A stretch of DNA of 64,000 nucleotides, from NCBI RefSeq assembly GCF_009834535.1, contig NC_045697.1:65536001-65600000 (forward strand), in the 5' to 3' direction. The stretch is from Camelus ferus. Taxonomy: Eukaryota. This document shows, piece after piece, positions 1 to 13,715 of the stretch. Position 1 is the stretch's first letter. Every line of letters begins with the position of its first letter. A program made the translations under genes and the position numbers. The notes under the pieces are model-generated. The model worked only from the letters and a program-made list of their open reading frames with translations, was not told where the DNA came from and made no database searches.

Positions 1-639
1 ACTGATTCTCCAGTGTCCTTTAATTTCTTAGCTATTGATTTCTTAGTTTAATCTCCACAATGGCTGCTTCAAATATTTTCCATACTTTTCAAGTCTCTAT
101 TCCTAGTCCCACTCTCCATCATTGACACCTTTCTCATTTTCAGTTGTTAAAACTTGTGGTTTACTGCAAAGACTATGAGAATCTAAGGTGAATCCCTTGG
201 TTTTTTGACTCTTCAACCTCAAAATCCTTCCACTTATTCTCTCATCCTTAGTGGCAACGCAAAGGCTTTGGATTGAAACGGACATTGGCTGTGGATACTG
301 GGAACACAGTTACCAGCCATGTGAGCCTCTGAGAGTTTAACTTCTTGGAGTTGCAGCCTCCACCTCTGTGGAATTAAGTTATTGTGAAGATTAATCGAGA
401 AAATGAATTCAGGCGTGTGTTGCAGGGAAGGCAGGTGGGCTTCATCTTATCTGCTGACTGACAGATTGGTAAAATCCTCCTCAGGCTCCACGTTAAAAAA
501 GATATAGTAAGTTTAACACATATTTTAAAGGTAGACTGGCAGGATTTGCTGATTAGATGGGGAAGAGCAAAGAGAAAGAGCAAAGCCAATGATATCTTCT
601 CACCCAAAGGCTTTCTATTTTCTCTTTTCAGCCACAGCA

Positions 640-1290
640 GCAGAAAAAGACTTTGTTCCCATTTTTCCTTAGGTCTACTCACTACCTTACTTCTAGCCCT
701 GGTCATCTCTCCCCTGGATTGCAACTAAAGAGTTTCCATTTTTCTCTCTTTCCACTCTTAACTGCCTTCAGTCTATTTTTAACACAGCAGCCAGAGCGAT
801 CTAGTCACTCCTCTGCTAAAAACCACTGGTTAGCTTTTCTGTCCTACTCAGAGTAAAAACCATCCTTAAAACGATCGGCATCCTTTGGCCTCCTAACTCC
901 CCCTGTGACCTCGTCTGTCTCTCCCGCACTCACCATGCTCCAAGCCCGCAGACCTCCTTGCTCTCCCTCAGGCTTGCTGAAATTGGCTTTTTTACTTCCA
1001 GTCTCATCTTCTTAGATTGCTGTCCCCCAGATATCGCTCCCTCCACCTCATTTTTCCACAGTGTCTGCTGATAAGTTATCAGAGAGGCCTATTCACAACT
1101 CCTCCCCTCAGCACTGCCTTGTCCTGTTCTGTTGTTCTTTGTAACACATGTCACCATCTTACTATGTACCTTCTTGTTTATCTGTCTTCTGCTGAAATCT
1201 AAGCTTAATTGAGGCAAAAATTTTATCCATTTGGTTTACCACTGAAACTTTAAGTATCAAGAAAATACATGTACATAAAAGAATGACTAG
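640..1290 (+). mobile_element. L2 LINE 3' region, decayed
   Basis: L2-type segments (ctggtcatctctcccctggattgcaac; ttatcagagaggcctattc) ending in an L2-like 3' terminus (aagcttaattgaggcaaaaattttatcc). Confidence 0.7.
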
Positions 1291-1639
1291 CAGTCAAATG
1301 ATCTTTTAAGATATACATTAGATAATAACATTTCTCTATTTAAAATCCTCCAAATGACATCTCATTGTTTAATAAAATCAGCCAATCTACGAAGGCCTGC
1401 TAAGTTTGGCCCCATCTAAAAGAAGTTCTATCCTTATTATAAGGCTAAACTTTGGGGCTTTGCTCCCATCTTTTTAAGCTTCTAATTCATTGATTATATA
1501 GCTTGTTATATTTGGTCACAGCCACTCACTACAGTTGAATTGAGAGTGGATCATTTACTGACATAGGGAAAACTAAGGAAGGAAATATTTGGGTGGAGAG
1601 TGAGGAGTGTGGAATCAAAACTAACATTGTAGAAATGAG

Positions 1640-1880
1640 TAATAATAGTAGCTAACATTTTAAAATAGCCAGGTGCTGTTCTAAAGCTTTACTGGTACTG
1701 ATTCCTGAAATCATAACAATTCTGTGAAATAGATATAACTATTATCCCCATTCCATAGATAAGAAAACCCAGGAACAGAGACTCTGAGCAGCTTGTTCAA
1801 GGTCACATGGTTAATAAGTGGGAGAACTAAGATATGAGCTTAAGTTGTTTGACTTCAGAGCCCATCCCCTTAACAACTGT
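1640..1880 (-). mobile_element. MIR SINE
   Basis: Reverse MIR core: attatccccattccatagataagaaaaccc...gcttgttcaaggtcacatgg...gacttcagagccc. Confidence 0.85.
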
Positions 1881-2134
1881 GGATTCAACCCCTGGGAGTT
1901 ATCCAAACAGAAAATGAAATTAGTACTTGATACGAGTCTAGAGTTCCCATACGGGCTCTAGGATGGACAGATATATCTGAGGCCAGTCAGCATAGAGTAA
2001 AATTTGAAGTACCCAAACCTTTCTTTACCCTTCTTTCTCTTATGTCTTCAGTCTTTTTCACGCCTTTGCTCCTCCCCCACCACTTGTAAACAGGCTCAGG
2101 AATCCTCTATCGTTTTCAAACCTTCCTATATTTT

Positions 2135-2620
2135 CTAAGCCAGACTAATTAGGTGCCTCTGGTTGCAAATGACAGTCTAATTGAAGTGAAAAGATAATTG
2201 ACTGGCTCACAACAATCCAGCGATGAGATCGAGGCTCATTTCCTCAGGCCTTGACATCACTGTCTCCATCTCTCAGCTCTGTTTCCCTTTGTAGTTCCCC
2301 AGTTCTCAGACAGGCTCTCCTTTTTAGGCAGCAAAATAACTTTCAGCAGGTCCAGACTTAGATTTCATCCTCTTATCCATCCCATTGTAAACATAGATTG
2401 TCTTTTACCATTAGTTCAACAGAGCGCCTCAGTTTTAGTACGGGGGTGATCGGGGGGAGGCGGCGCTCTCAGTGCCAGCCTGTACCCTGTGCCCACCTCG
2501 GGAACTGAGGGAAGGAGCAGCTCAGTGTAAAATACTGGAGATAAGTGTGGGGAAATGCTGATTCCGCAAGAGAACTGGCAGGCTGCTATCAGAAGGGGGA
2601 AAGAGTAGATAGTGGACATA
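2135..2620. mobile_element. MaLR (MLT1-like) LTR remnant
   Basis: ggttgcaaatgacag...gactggctcac...ctccatctctcagctctgtttcc...ctcagacaggctctcc resembles old MLT1 LTRs. Confidence 0.55.
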
Positions 2621-3202
2621 CAAAACAAAGATATCTTTCAGAGGCTTAAAAATAATGGAATAAGTTATATGGAAACTGTCAACAGTTACATGTATACAAA
2701 AATTTAAATCATGAATAAATCAAAAATGATAATAATCAAATTAAATTATAAAGAATTAAATTACAAACATAGAAAATATTTGCAAAACTATGGAGCACTG
2801 TTAGCCTCACTGCTTCTCTGCCACACGAAGAGGGATAAAATACATAAGAAAATACTAAGACCACAGTAGGTAAAGCTGTAAAAGATACGACCTAGAGTTT
2901 CAAAAGAGGAGACCGTTAAACAATATAAATCTAAAAGGAAATCTAGTGTAATGGAGTAGGGCAATTAATAAAGTAAAAAAATAAGATAAGTATATGCAAT
3001 ATGAATGGTTAGTGCTTTTATAAGGAAAGCACTACAACTCTGTGTTATATAACTTGGAACTATTTTATATGCTGTGCTTTACAATAAAAATAGATTGCCC
3101 TTGGAATTAGAGGCACATATTTCAGTCAGCAACATACTTGACAGCACTGACAAGACGAGTACCATCAGGAGTGAAAAAACATAGTTTGAAGTGGACCAAA
3201 GA

Positions 3203-3435
3203 ATAATTATTAGCACTTATATAGAGTTTACTATTGCTGAAGCAATTCTATATACTTTCCATTTATTAGCACTCAGAAACACAACCACCCTATGAGGTAG
3301 GTACCACTCTTATCCCGACAGTGTGGTGATGAAGCAGGGCTATAGAGGTAATGTAACTTGCCTGTAGTCACTTAGCAAAGCTGTGGAGAACTCAAACTCA
3401 GGCAGTTTTGATCCAGAGTCCAAGTTCTTATCCCC
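3203..3435 (-). mobile_element. MIR SINE
   Basis: acaaccaccctatgaggtaggtaccactcttatccc...aacttgcctgtagtcac...tccagagtcc. Confidence 0.8.
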
Positions 3436-4030
3436 TTACTTTATCCCCTTACCTGAGGGGAACAGAGTTCTAGTGTAAGCTTGGTCTTAAAAGCATTGAA
3501 ATTATACTCAGAAACTGTTCAGTGCAGGTTTTTAAAATTTGTGTACTCAAATAAGGTTCAGATGGAGTTTGGATGGATATGAGTTGAAGATACGTAAGAC
3601 TACATAGAGAGGATTTAGGGAGTGCATCTCTAAAATTCTCCGAAAATCTCACCTTTTTTTCTCAAAAACCTGTCTTCTTTCCCTTTAAAAAAAAAAAAAA
3701 CAACTTAAAACTCCTTAGAAAGGCATGCATTATCTTCTGCAGTCTGTGTCTCATTTCCCCACATTTTATCGCACTCCATATAGATCGCATTCCGCTTTAA
3801 TCTGCTTTGGCTGTCCTCACTCACTTCATCTTCCTGTATTTTCAGTCCCAGCTAAAACTCATGCTTTGTCCCATAAGGCTTTCAAACCATTCCCATCTCT
3901 TGGTAATTCCATCTTCTGAGTACACCTATTTCACTTCCATTTTCACTTCTTTTCAAATGACCCTTTAGGAATAAGGCTCAGGAATATATATATTATATAT
4001 TTAATTCACATACTAATATCAGAATGAATA

Positions 4031-4042
4031 TGTGTGTCTGTG

Positions 4043-4083
<41 letters not shown>
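4031..4083. repeat. Compound microsatellite (TG)n(TA)7(GA)10
   Basis: Read directly from the sequence. Confidence 0.95.
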
Positions 4084-4204
4084 GCCTTTTTTCTTTTCTT
4101 TTCATAGTCCCTCTTTTGGAAACCAGAGGGCTGAAGTTGTGTTTATGTTGCATGCCAAGCAGAATGCCCTATATTCATCTTTTCATCCCCGCATGTTTTT
4201 GAAT

Positions 4205-5050
4205 GCATGGTCTGTTCTGGGCACTGTGCCTAGCATCACAGATACAAAGGAATGGAAGACATTGTTCCTGCCTTCAAGAATCTCGTAGTATACACAGAAG
4301 ACAAATGTGTAAATAAATAACAAAAACACAGTGCGATAAATGCCATAGGGTAATGTGTACAGGGTGCCATGGCAACCTGGGGCAGAGTGGCAGCCTCTGC
4401 CTTGGGAGTTGAAAAGATTTCACATAAGAGGAGAAATGTGAGCTAGGTCTTCAAGATGAGTAGGAGTGAGAGAGGCAACAACAGGGACAATTATAAAAGC
4501 ATGCTTGCAAAGCTAAAGAGTTTGAACTTTATCATTTAGCCAGTGAAAACTATAAAAGATTTTTCTGTAACAGAAAAGTGGGATTTCACTTATGTTTAAG
4601 AAAGATAACTGAGGTAAGGCCAAGGATGCACTGGATTGAAGGGAAAAGATAAATTGAAGGGAAAAGACAAAAAGACATTTGGAGAGGAATTAAGGGGTGT
4701 CTAAACTAAAACAATAGCAATAGGGGATTAGCAACAACAACAAAAAAAGATTTTGAGAAATCAATCCATATTCCAAGAAAAAAATGACTAGAACTTGGTA
4801 AGCTGGAGGAGAAGAGAAAGGAGGTGTTGCGACTTGGTGAGAAATGTAGCAGAGGAGAATGAGCAGATGGACACTCAGTGACAGAAACAGGGAATTGAGA
4901 AGGAGAACAGATTGGAAAAGGGCAGCAGAGATTCAGAGCTTGGCTGTAGACATTTTGATTTTAAGATGGCTGAAGAACACCCTAACAGAATTGTCCAGGA
5001 ATGGTTAGTAATGTGCATTTGGAACCTATGTGAGTGATGTATAGGGCTAA
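4205..5050 (-). mobile_element. L2 LINE, decayed
   Basis: Reverse L2 3' end (gggcactgtgcctagcatcacagatacaaagg...ttcctgccttcaagaatctc) followed by purine-rich L2 body. Confidence 0.75.
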
Positions 5051-5099
5051 AAAAAAAAAAGTTTAGGAAGTATATGTATTCCTCTCACCTCCATTATAA

Positions 5100-6830
5100 A
5101 AACTGAATTTGGAGTGTTGGTGTAGCATGAAGATTGTGCACCAGATGATTATTGAAGGCCTGAAATTATTGTACTTGAGCACTGCTGTTACTTTTGCTGC
5201 TAAGAGAGACAAAAAACCTAGCGGGAAGAGATTGCTCACTTGGTAGGAGAGTTCAGAGGACCTGAGAACATGGTGTGCTGCCTCCTCTCCCATCCGCACT
5301 GGAGAGAGGAATACTGGGGCAGCTGAGAAGACATCAGACATAGAGACAGGCCCTAGAGCTGGGCCTATCTGTGCCACCAAAACAAGTGGCAGGAGGCACA
5401 ACAATTAACACCATTGCAATCTCCGTTTTTTTAAGAAACCGGGTTTGGGCTAATTCCTTTGATCTAGGGAAGACAGAGGTGGTTAGCTAGGACTAGGCCA
5501 GAAGCTGCCTCTTGAGCAAGCTACTCACTGGATCAGGAGAAGGCAGTGGGTAAGGACCCATGCTTGTGAATGGAGAGGTTCCTCAGTTGGGTGCCCGAAG
5601 ATCATCAGATAAGCCCCACCATTACACACACAAATATACTTACATAGTTCCACCCTATTTTTCCATTACTGCAAACCAGACTTGAGAATATCTGTATCCA
5701 CCAGTGAAACTCCACTCACCAAAGAACTCCTCCCCACATACACAACTGCCCAGTGACAAATGCGTACAAGCCTTGTGAAATGAAAAGGTAGCTTTGCGAA
5801 GGGAGTCACAATAAGATGTGTAAAGAGAAAAGAAGCCCTTAAAGAAGCCCTTATAGAGACTTTACGTTGGACAATGACTAACATTTTAATTCTTAAATTA
5901 GACAAAACAGGTGTTAATGGACTGGTTGACTATCTCAGAGTATGTCAGCTATAGTCAGGCAAGAAGTTCAAAAAGTACATGTGGTAATAAGATTGCATGT
6001 TTGTATGTCTGAATAGTGAGTGTTCAAAAATAATCCACTGGTTATACAAGCAGGAACTGGAGCACAGATGTGGGAAATCACACAAGCTGTGTGTATGTAA
6101 GTAGAAGAGAAAAAATGGCCCCAAATATTTGTTGTTGATAAGGGAGGATTTTTAACACTTAATCAGCGGACCAAAGAGAAGGATAAAAAGAGATCTGTGA
6201 AAAGAAATAAATTATGTAGATGCAAATGACTTAGCGAATGGTTGTAGAAGCAATTTTCTAAATTTGCAGGTGATATTTAATTGGCAGACACTGCAAACAG
6301 TCAGGAGCATTTCAATCAGATAAAGGACTTGAATCATTAAGTACTTGGTCTAATAGGTGGCAAGCATGGATAAGTAGTGAATAATAAGTCTTGAATCAAA
6401 GCTAAAGAACAGAGAGTGAGTATTTGCCAAAGGGAATGACGCTATCCAGGAATGGCTCTCAGGTTTAAAGAAAGTTATGGGCAAGGACAAACAAAAATTC
6501 AGTAAAATATGTGTAGAATTAAAAAGATTTGGTGAGTTATAGGATATAAATTAACAAGACTACTGCATCAGTCAAAGCCAAGGTGATATAAAGACCGGTG
6601 CTATGATGAGAAAATCTCATAACTTGAGGATATATAAATCCTGAATTCCACTGTTGGCTATTGAAATGCCATCTATTACCTAGATTTTCATCTGTCTTTG
6701 GTCATGGTGTAGGGATAAAATTAATGAGTAAGATAACTTCCACAGGCATAAAAGAGAGTGCAGATTTGGGTGAGGCCCTTCTAAGTAACTTCTAAAGATC
6801 ATTTCAACCCTGAAATTCTATATGATTTTA
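5100..6830 (+). mobile_element. Ancient CR1/L3-clade LINE fossil, internally deleted
   Basis: 6225-6363 translates with two frameshifts as NDLANGCRS/SKFAGDI*LADTANSQEHFNQIKDLNH/STWSNRWQ, matching the CR1 RT core pattern INDL..G...SKFADDTKL...DL..L..W...WQ. A CR1/L3/MIR3-type 3' end is at about 6785-6830 (aacttctaaagatcatttcaaccctgaaattctatatgatt). The 5' boundary is uncertain. Confidence 0.65.
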
Positions 6831-8158
6831 TGGACATACTCTTAGGGAATTGTGTTTAGATTGATTGGTCATTTTTATTTAGGATGCCCATTCCATGAAA
6901 TAATAGCCTGTGTTAGCCTGGAAATTATGGACCTGGAGAAATATACCACAAAAGAAAGAGGATAATAATTTATGATGGTCTAGAAAGTAGTTGATGCAAT
7001 GGAGAATGCTCTCCTTCTTTCCCTGTGTTTTTTGTTTGTTTTGTTTGCAATGTTGATAACTTTAACTCCTAAATAAAAATTTAACTTTAATATTGAAGAG
7101 AAATAGAAAATATCCTTTATACAACATCAAAACCATATTTGGGATCATTTAACAGCCACTCACATGAATGTACCAACCCCATTTGAGGAGTTTGTTTTAA
7201 ATTCTCATACTAATATCAGAATGAATATTTGTAAGTAGAGCCACATCTTGAAAGATACTTCTGGGTTTACCCTTGACTGCCATTTGGATACTTCAGGTTG
7301 TAAATGTTTTAAGCCTTAATGATTCTGAGTTTCGTCCTGTAATTTGGTGATTTTATAGTGACAGACTTCAAAATAGGTAAAGGTTTCCTTGATTAAAAAA
7401 TAAGCAAACACCCGAGTACCTAACAAGTCTCAGCTGTATCAAGGGACGAGGTGACCACAGAGGCTCCCAGTAGGTGTGTGAGGACATCTAACGTGTCTCT
7501 CACTCAATCTGTATTTCACCAAACACCACACAGAATTACTCGGTGAACAGCTTAATACAGGTTCACTTCTCATAAAGACAAACTTTGTGGGAGCTAGTTC
7601 TTTCTCATTTACAGAGAACTTACATTTCCCCCCCTGCAGAGCTCTAAAAACATCTTTAATAGCAGGCTGAAATGAATTCTAGAATGATTGAAAAGTTTAC
7701 TGTTACGAAAATTAAAATTCACTTAATTTTAGTCATTATCGTTGGTTTGCATTTTGTTGAAATGTGCATTTACAGTTTGGGCATTTCAGGCAGAGATTGC
7801 TTCTATAGTCTCTGCTCACAAGCAGCCTTCAGATGACTTCTCAGAAAGTTTTAAAAAAGTCTCTCTACGTGACTCTTTCTGACGGTCCTTTTCTTTGAAG
7901 ATGGTAGCTTTCCTCTTGGAAATTGCAGACATGGTATTATTTTTAAATCCCTTTTAATGCTGCAGGATAATGCCTGAACAACTGCAGTTTATAAATAACT
8001 TGAGACTTGCTTCCCACTCAGCATTCAATAAGCATTTATTGGGGCCTAATGTGTGGCTGGCATTGTGGGGGATACAAAAAATATAGAACAGAGTTCCTGT
8101 TCTCTAAGAGCTAAGTAGCTAGATGAGAAGTAGGAAGGGAAGAGGGAGATCCGACAGC

Positions 8159-8214
8159 CAACACTTTCTTTACTATCCACACGTCAACACTTTCTTTGCT
8201 ATCCACACGTCAAC
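8159..8214. repeat. 26-bp tandem duplication
   Basis: caacactttcttt(a/g)ctatccacacgt twice (8159-8184, 8185-8210) plus caac; one mismatch. Confidence 0.95.
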
Positions 8215-8259
8215 TTCCACAAGCCGTTCTCGAGGATTGAATTACCATCTGTAAGTAGA

Positions 8260-8830
8260 CAGATTTCAGATTTGTTTCTTTAGCCCAGACCTCTCATCTG
8301 AACTGCAGGCTTATAGTTCTTACTACTATTTGGCATTTCCTCTTAGATGTCTAATGGGTACCTCAAACATAACATGTTCAAAACTGAATTCCCGGTTTTA
8401 CCCCCACCCCCACCTGCTCTGCCCACAGCCTTGCCTGTCATAGTGTGTGGCGACTCCAGTCTCCACGTGACGCAGTCTGAAACCTTGGAGTTATCCGTGA
8501 CTCCTCCTGTCTCTGTTACACCTCATACAGTGTGCACCGGCAGTCTTCTCCGGCTATAAACCTGAATTGTGTCCTAAATAGGACCACTTCTTACCACTCC
8601 ACCACTACCCTCTGATGCAAGCCACCGTTTTACCTCCTTGCCTACCCTCTTAACTATCCACCATACTACAGCTTTTTCTTTCTGTAGTCTATCTTCAACA
8701 CAGCAGTCAAAATGATTATTTTTAAATGCCAGTCAGATCATACCACACTGTCCCTAAAACCCTCCAATGGTTTTCCACCTTATTCAGTGTGAGAATTATT
8801 CAGTTCTTATAATTGCCAATAATGCCTCTG
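8260..8830 (+). mobile_element. L2 LINE internal fragment
   Basis: tagcccagacctctcatctgaactgcag...tagatgtctaatgggtacctcaaacataacatgttcaaaactgaatt is typical L2 body. Confidence 0.8.
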
Positions 8831-9623
8831 TGCTCATACGCATATGCATGCACCATCATTGTGTCTGTTCATCTCTTTCTCCCAAGTACTACCTGGGTCT
8901 GAGTATTGCTTAGGGGCCAATCTGGAGTCGAAAAATAAGAGTAGGAATATAAACGCTCATCTGTGCCAAAAGGTAAAGAAATGGAGTGGTGGATAATTTG
9001 TGGGTAAGTAGTTAGGAGAAAGAGTTTACACAGAAACCATACTAGCAAAAAGCTTATCAGATGTAGCAAGCACAGAATGGTGGGCGTGGCCAACTTCACA
9101 GTTTGTTCACTTATTACCTTGGGCAAGCTGTTTACTTTCTCTGAACCATAGATCTGTCCTCAGAACAAGGAGGGCAGTGCCACCCTTGTACAGGGTTGTA
9201 CAGCTAGCGTATGTGGAGGTTCACACCACCTACGTGAGCTGAAAACATTAAAATCCAGACTACTGAAGTCAGGCAGCCGGGCTGATAGCTTGATATGGAA
9301 AAAACCTGTAAAGTCAGAGACTTCTTCATAATGACAGAGACTTCTTTAGGTAGTATACAGCCTTGAAATCTATTCCTTTCCTTCCAAAACTTAGGGTGGT
9401 ATAAAAACACCTATTTCTCTTCCCACATAGCAAAGAGCAAGTAAGTCAACAGATCTGTTTTGGAAATCTACTGTGGGCAAAGCAGTGTGAAAAATATTTA
9501 GGGGGATAGAAAACTATGACAATAAAGCTCCTGCCTCAAGAAGTTTATAACTGAGAAGATAAAATTGGTATTTATGGGATAAGTGCTATATGAGAGATAC
9601 AGAAGAACAGCAAAAAAGGATAG

Positions 9624-9624
<1 letters not shown>

Positions 9625-9702
<78 letters not shown>
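9625..9702. repeat. Compound microsatellite (TG)22(TA)5(GA)12
   Basis: Read directly from the sequence. Confidence 0.97.
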
Positions 9703-10379
9703 CTAGTGAAAACTAAACTATTTCTAGAAGGACTTTAACATTATGCCCATGGCAGTGTGGGGGAGGAGTGGTTGTGAAGAGAGAGCTCAAAGGAATGTGT
9801 GTGGTTTCTGGCAAGAGGCTTAGAAATAAGGCTAATAATGACAACATAAAAACTAAACTAATAATACTGTTTTATCACTACGGTGGTGTCAGAGACAAAA
9901 CATCTATTGAAATAATGAAAAATATGTTTCTAGAAATAGTGTGGTCAGCTCCAAGAAGCAATTTTCAATTGAATACAAATTGCGAGATGAAATTCCATGG
10001 CTCGTAATAGGCAAGAAAGAGGAAACATCCTAAAAATTCTTCAAGGGAAAATGATTAACTTTATCAAAGTACCATCATAATCATAAGTACTTGTTGAGTA
10101 CCTACGATCTGCTATTTCTGTGCTGAAAATTCAAAGGTGACAAAATAGTTGCTCTAAATTCTGTGCAGGCTTTTGAAAGATTGAATAGCTCTGTGTGTGT
10201 ATGTGCATATTACTCAAATACATTATATTATATTATGAAGTTTGATCAAATTTTGGGAAAAATACGTAGGCATGAGCATATGTAGAAATAGAAAAGAGAC
10301 TAAAGGGACAGGCATCAATCTTGAAACAATGGTTCTCCATGGGGAAATGTGGAAGAGACTGCTCATTGATCTGATCCCT

Positions 10380-10790
10380 CCCCTCTTAGTAACATAGCTC
10401 CTGAATTTGTAGCCAAATACAGACCATCCGCAATATACATTTCTCAGCTTTTCTCCTGATCTTGTGCGGTCGTGACTAAGTTCTAACCAGTGAGAATTAA
10501 ACAAATGTGTCATGTGAAGCTTCTGGAAAATGTTCTTAAGGAGGGGATTCTTATTCTTATTCTGATCCTCCTCATTCCTCCTCACTGGAAGGTTAGTAGG
10601 AGGACTGTTGTTCAAACAGCCATCTTAAACCATGAGTTGGGAAGCCCTGTACTGAGGAGAGTGGAATGACAAGAGAATAGGAGTCTGTTTCCTAATCCTG
10701 GGAGCCTTATCAGCCTGGGACTGTCAGCTGTGGAACTTCTATGCTAATATTGAAGACAGTGGTATTTTGAGCATTTCTTTCACTTGTAGA
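10380..10790. mobile_element. MaLR (MLT1-like) LTR remnant
   Basis: gtgactaagttctaaccagtgag...gcttctggaaaatgttcttaagg...cagccatcttaaaccatgag resembles MLT1I/J-type LTRs. Confidence 0.65.
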
Positions 10791-11749
10791 AAGAGAATGG
10801 GCTGATTTTATATCATTTGACCTTCTGAAAACTAAAATGTATTTATATATTGCTTTTACAGTTCAATGTCTAAATTTATTTTTCATCTTAAGTTTGCTTT
10901 TCTGTGCTTTATAGTTGACAAACTTATTAGCCAGCGCTGCAGTGTGTACCTTTTCCTGTTTTATTCTGTTTTGTTTTTGCATTGACCTGTCTTCCAGGTT
11001 GAGTTCAATGGACTCTACGGTTTAACTTACCTGAAAAATTAATACATTTCACTGGAAATCCAATTTAGTAAATTTCTTTTCTTACATTTTTAACAGCTAA
11101 AACTTGGAAAATGTTTAACTTACAAATAAGTACTTGACAACAATATTCACTGACTTGTTAGGTTTGAACCCTGCCAAATATTCTTCTTTATGTCTCTACT
11201 AAGCTTGAAAGGCATTTTTACAAATTATTCCATTATAGAAATTTTAGGAATTTTTGAGACTTCTATTCCCTTAAGATGTCAAAGCAAGCATAAGCATCTA
11301 CCTTCTCCTTTTCAGATCTCAAATGATATGACCAAATAAATGTAACAATAGAGGAAAATTTAATGTGTTACCCTAAATTAATGAAGGATATGTCTGTGAA
11401 ATGAGAAGTTGTCAGCTTTCAGGAAAGCATACTCCCAAGAAATTGTAGCTTTATCAGGTGACCCTAGAAAATTTTCATTTATTGCCATATTTGATTTAAG
11501 TATCAGATTCAAATAGAGATAACACCAGAGTTCCAGCCAAAGTCTATAGGTAAGAAGAAAGGGGAGGGAAGGTATAAGTGACTTCATAAGAAAGAAGGCA
11601 GCAGAGAATGTGCATGAAGCTGAGCCAAAATAACCCCCAGAAAGAGAGAAAGTTTAATACCAAGTGTTAATGTGCTGAACACAAGTCTGGAACTTGTCAA
11701 TACATTTTATGTCACTACATTTTAAAAGTTGATCAATATTCTCCTCACA

Positions 11750-13715
11750 TAGAAAACCACAAAGCAGGATAAACTTGTAACATAACACTTCAAACTGAAT
11801 TAAACATTTCAAACAAGCATTTGAAATGTCTTAAAAAGAAAAATCTAACAGAATCAGAAATTCAAAAGCTAATCATTGAAATGGCCAAAGGACGAAGGAA
11901 TGCAACCACCTCAGGATATATATTGAAAAGCAGAATAAAAGACAAAAATCATTAAGATATAACTTACAAATTGCTCAAAGGAGATTAGATTAAGTTACAT
12001 TGAAGAAAGACAAGGAAAAATAATTAAAATGAAATAAAGAATTAAAAAGATTGAGAGTGAAAGAATCAAAATGGAAAGTAGGCCAGAAAAGCATATATAA
12101 AAGCATATATATATATATATTTTTTGATATCTCTGAAGAAGAAAAGCAACACAATGATACAATTAATATTTAAATTCATAATCTAAGAAAACTTTCTATA
12201 AAATGAAACAAAGATACTTCATGTTCATAGAAAAGCTGATCCAGGACAATAAACTCTGAGCTACATTTTAGAACAATTAATAGCCTTAAAAGGCAAAGAC
12301 CAAAAAAATTCCTCAAGGCAAAAAGATCAAAGTACTTTTAATAGTAAAATATTAAATCACTAGAGACTTCTCAAGAGTAACACACAGAGCAAGCCAGCAC
12401 TAGAGAAGCACTATCAAGAATTTTGTTCAAAAATATGCAAGCCAAAGATTTTATATCCAACCAAAATCTCCTTCATAGCCATGGAGAAAATAGTTTTAAA
12501 CTAACAAGCACTAAGAGAAAAGTGGACACTTGAGCCCCTCCTGGTGAAACCACTCGAGTATGAGCTTCATTCAGCCAAGAGATAACACGAGAAACTTGGC
12601 AAAATGACTAATAGTGATCATTTAATATATTTAATTGTAGAACTGTTACTAAAACAAGGTTAAAAACACAGTTAAGTAACAATATGATATCACCATATGT
12701 TGTAAAAATGAAAGGATGGCTTTATTAAACAATGGGAGGAAAAGAGGAGAAGAAAGAGGAAAATAGGACATCATTATTAACTGTAGTGTAGAGAGTAAGT
12801 GGAAGTCACCTATTTCATTTAAAACTAAAAAGGTAAAGGGGAAAAAAAGGTGAAGAGTAAGGGTACTATAAAAGGTATAAATGTAAAGTTAACCATTATA
12901 ACAAAAGTACAAACCTTTCTAAAAAGAAAACAGTAGGAAAAACATACCAGAAAAACACAGTAAAATAACAAAATTCAAACAATAATAAATAATATAAATA
13001 ATAAAATATATCTTTTTAAATATATTAAATACAACATCCTGATAATATACTATCTTCTCAAGCACACATGAACATTAACAAAAGTCATAGATTAGGTCCC
13101 ATAGAAAACACCATTTAGTTCCACTGAGGAGGTATGTGTCAAATCAATTTCTCTGATCAAATACAATAAAACTAGAAAAAAACAAAAAATCAAAAAATCT
13201 TTCCATCAGAAATTAAGACAGTCTCTATTAAACAATTCTTTGGAGAAAGGAGAAATGCAGATGTAAATTACAGAATTTTTTAAGTAACGGTAATGAAAAC
13301 ACTACATATCTGAACCTGCAGGGAATATATAAAGAAGTGATTCATGGTCTTAAAAATCCGTATCAATAAAAAAGAAAGAAAGGAAATAAATATGTTGAAT
13401 TACATCTTCAAAAGCTAGAAAAAGTACAACAAATTTTAATAGAAGATATAAGGAAGATAAAAATAAAAGGAGAAAGTAATAAGGTAAATGATTTTTAAAA
13501 GTAGATTAAATTAATAAATTAAATTCTGGTGTTTAGGAAATAGCAACAAAAGAGACAAATCATTAGCTACTCCAATCAAATAAGAAGTAGAGAACTTAGA
13601 CCAAGTTCCACAAAAAAAGTTATCAAAGAACTATACAAAAAAGGACCAGGCCTAGAGTGCTTCACAGGTGAACTCAACCAGTCCTTTAGAGAACAGATTG
13701 TTCCAATGCTGTTAT
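11750..13715 (+). mobile_element. Old L1 with ORF1 and ORF2 remnants, heavily deleted
   Basis: ORF1 C-terminal-like ccaaagattttatatccaaccaaaatctccttc (~12442); endonuclease-like tactatcttctcaagcacacatgaacatt (~13048); PGPDGFTGEF-like ccaggcctagagtgcttcacaggtgaactc (~13646). Confidence 0.75.

Noticed and set aside
4031..9702. Two microsatellites sharing the order (TG)(TA)(GA)
   Set aside because: This is a common compound architecture in mammals, and the flanks are unrelated.
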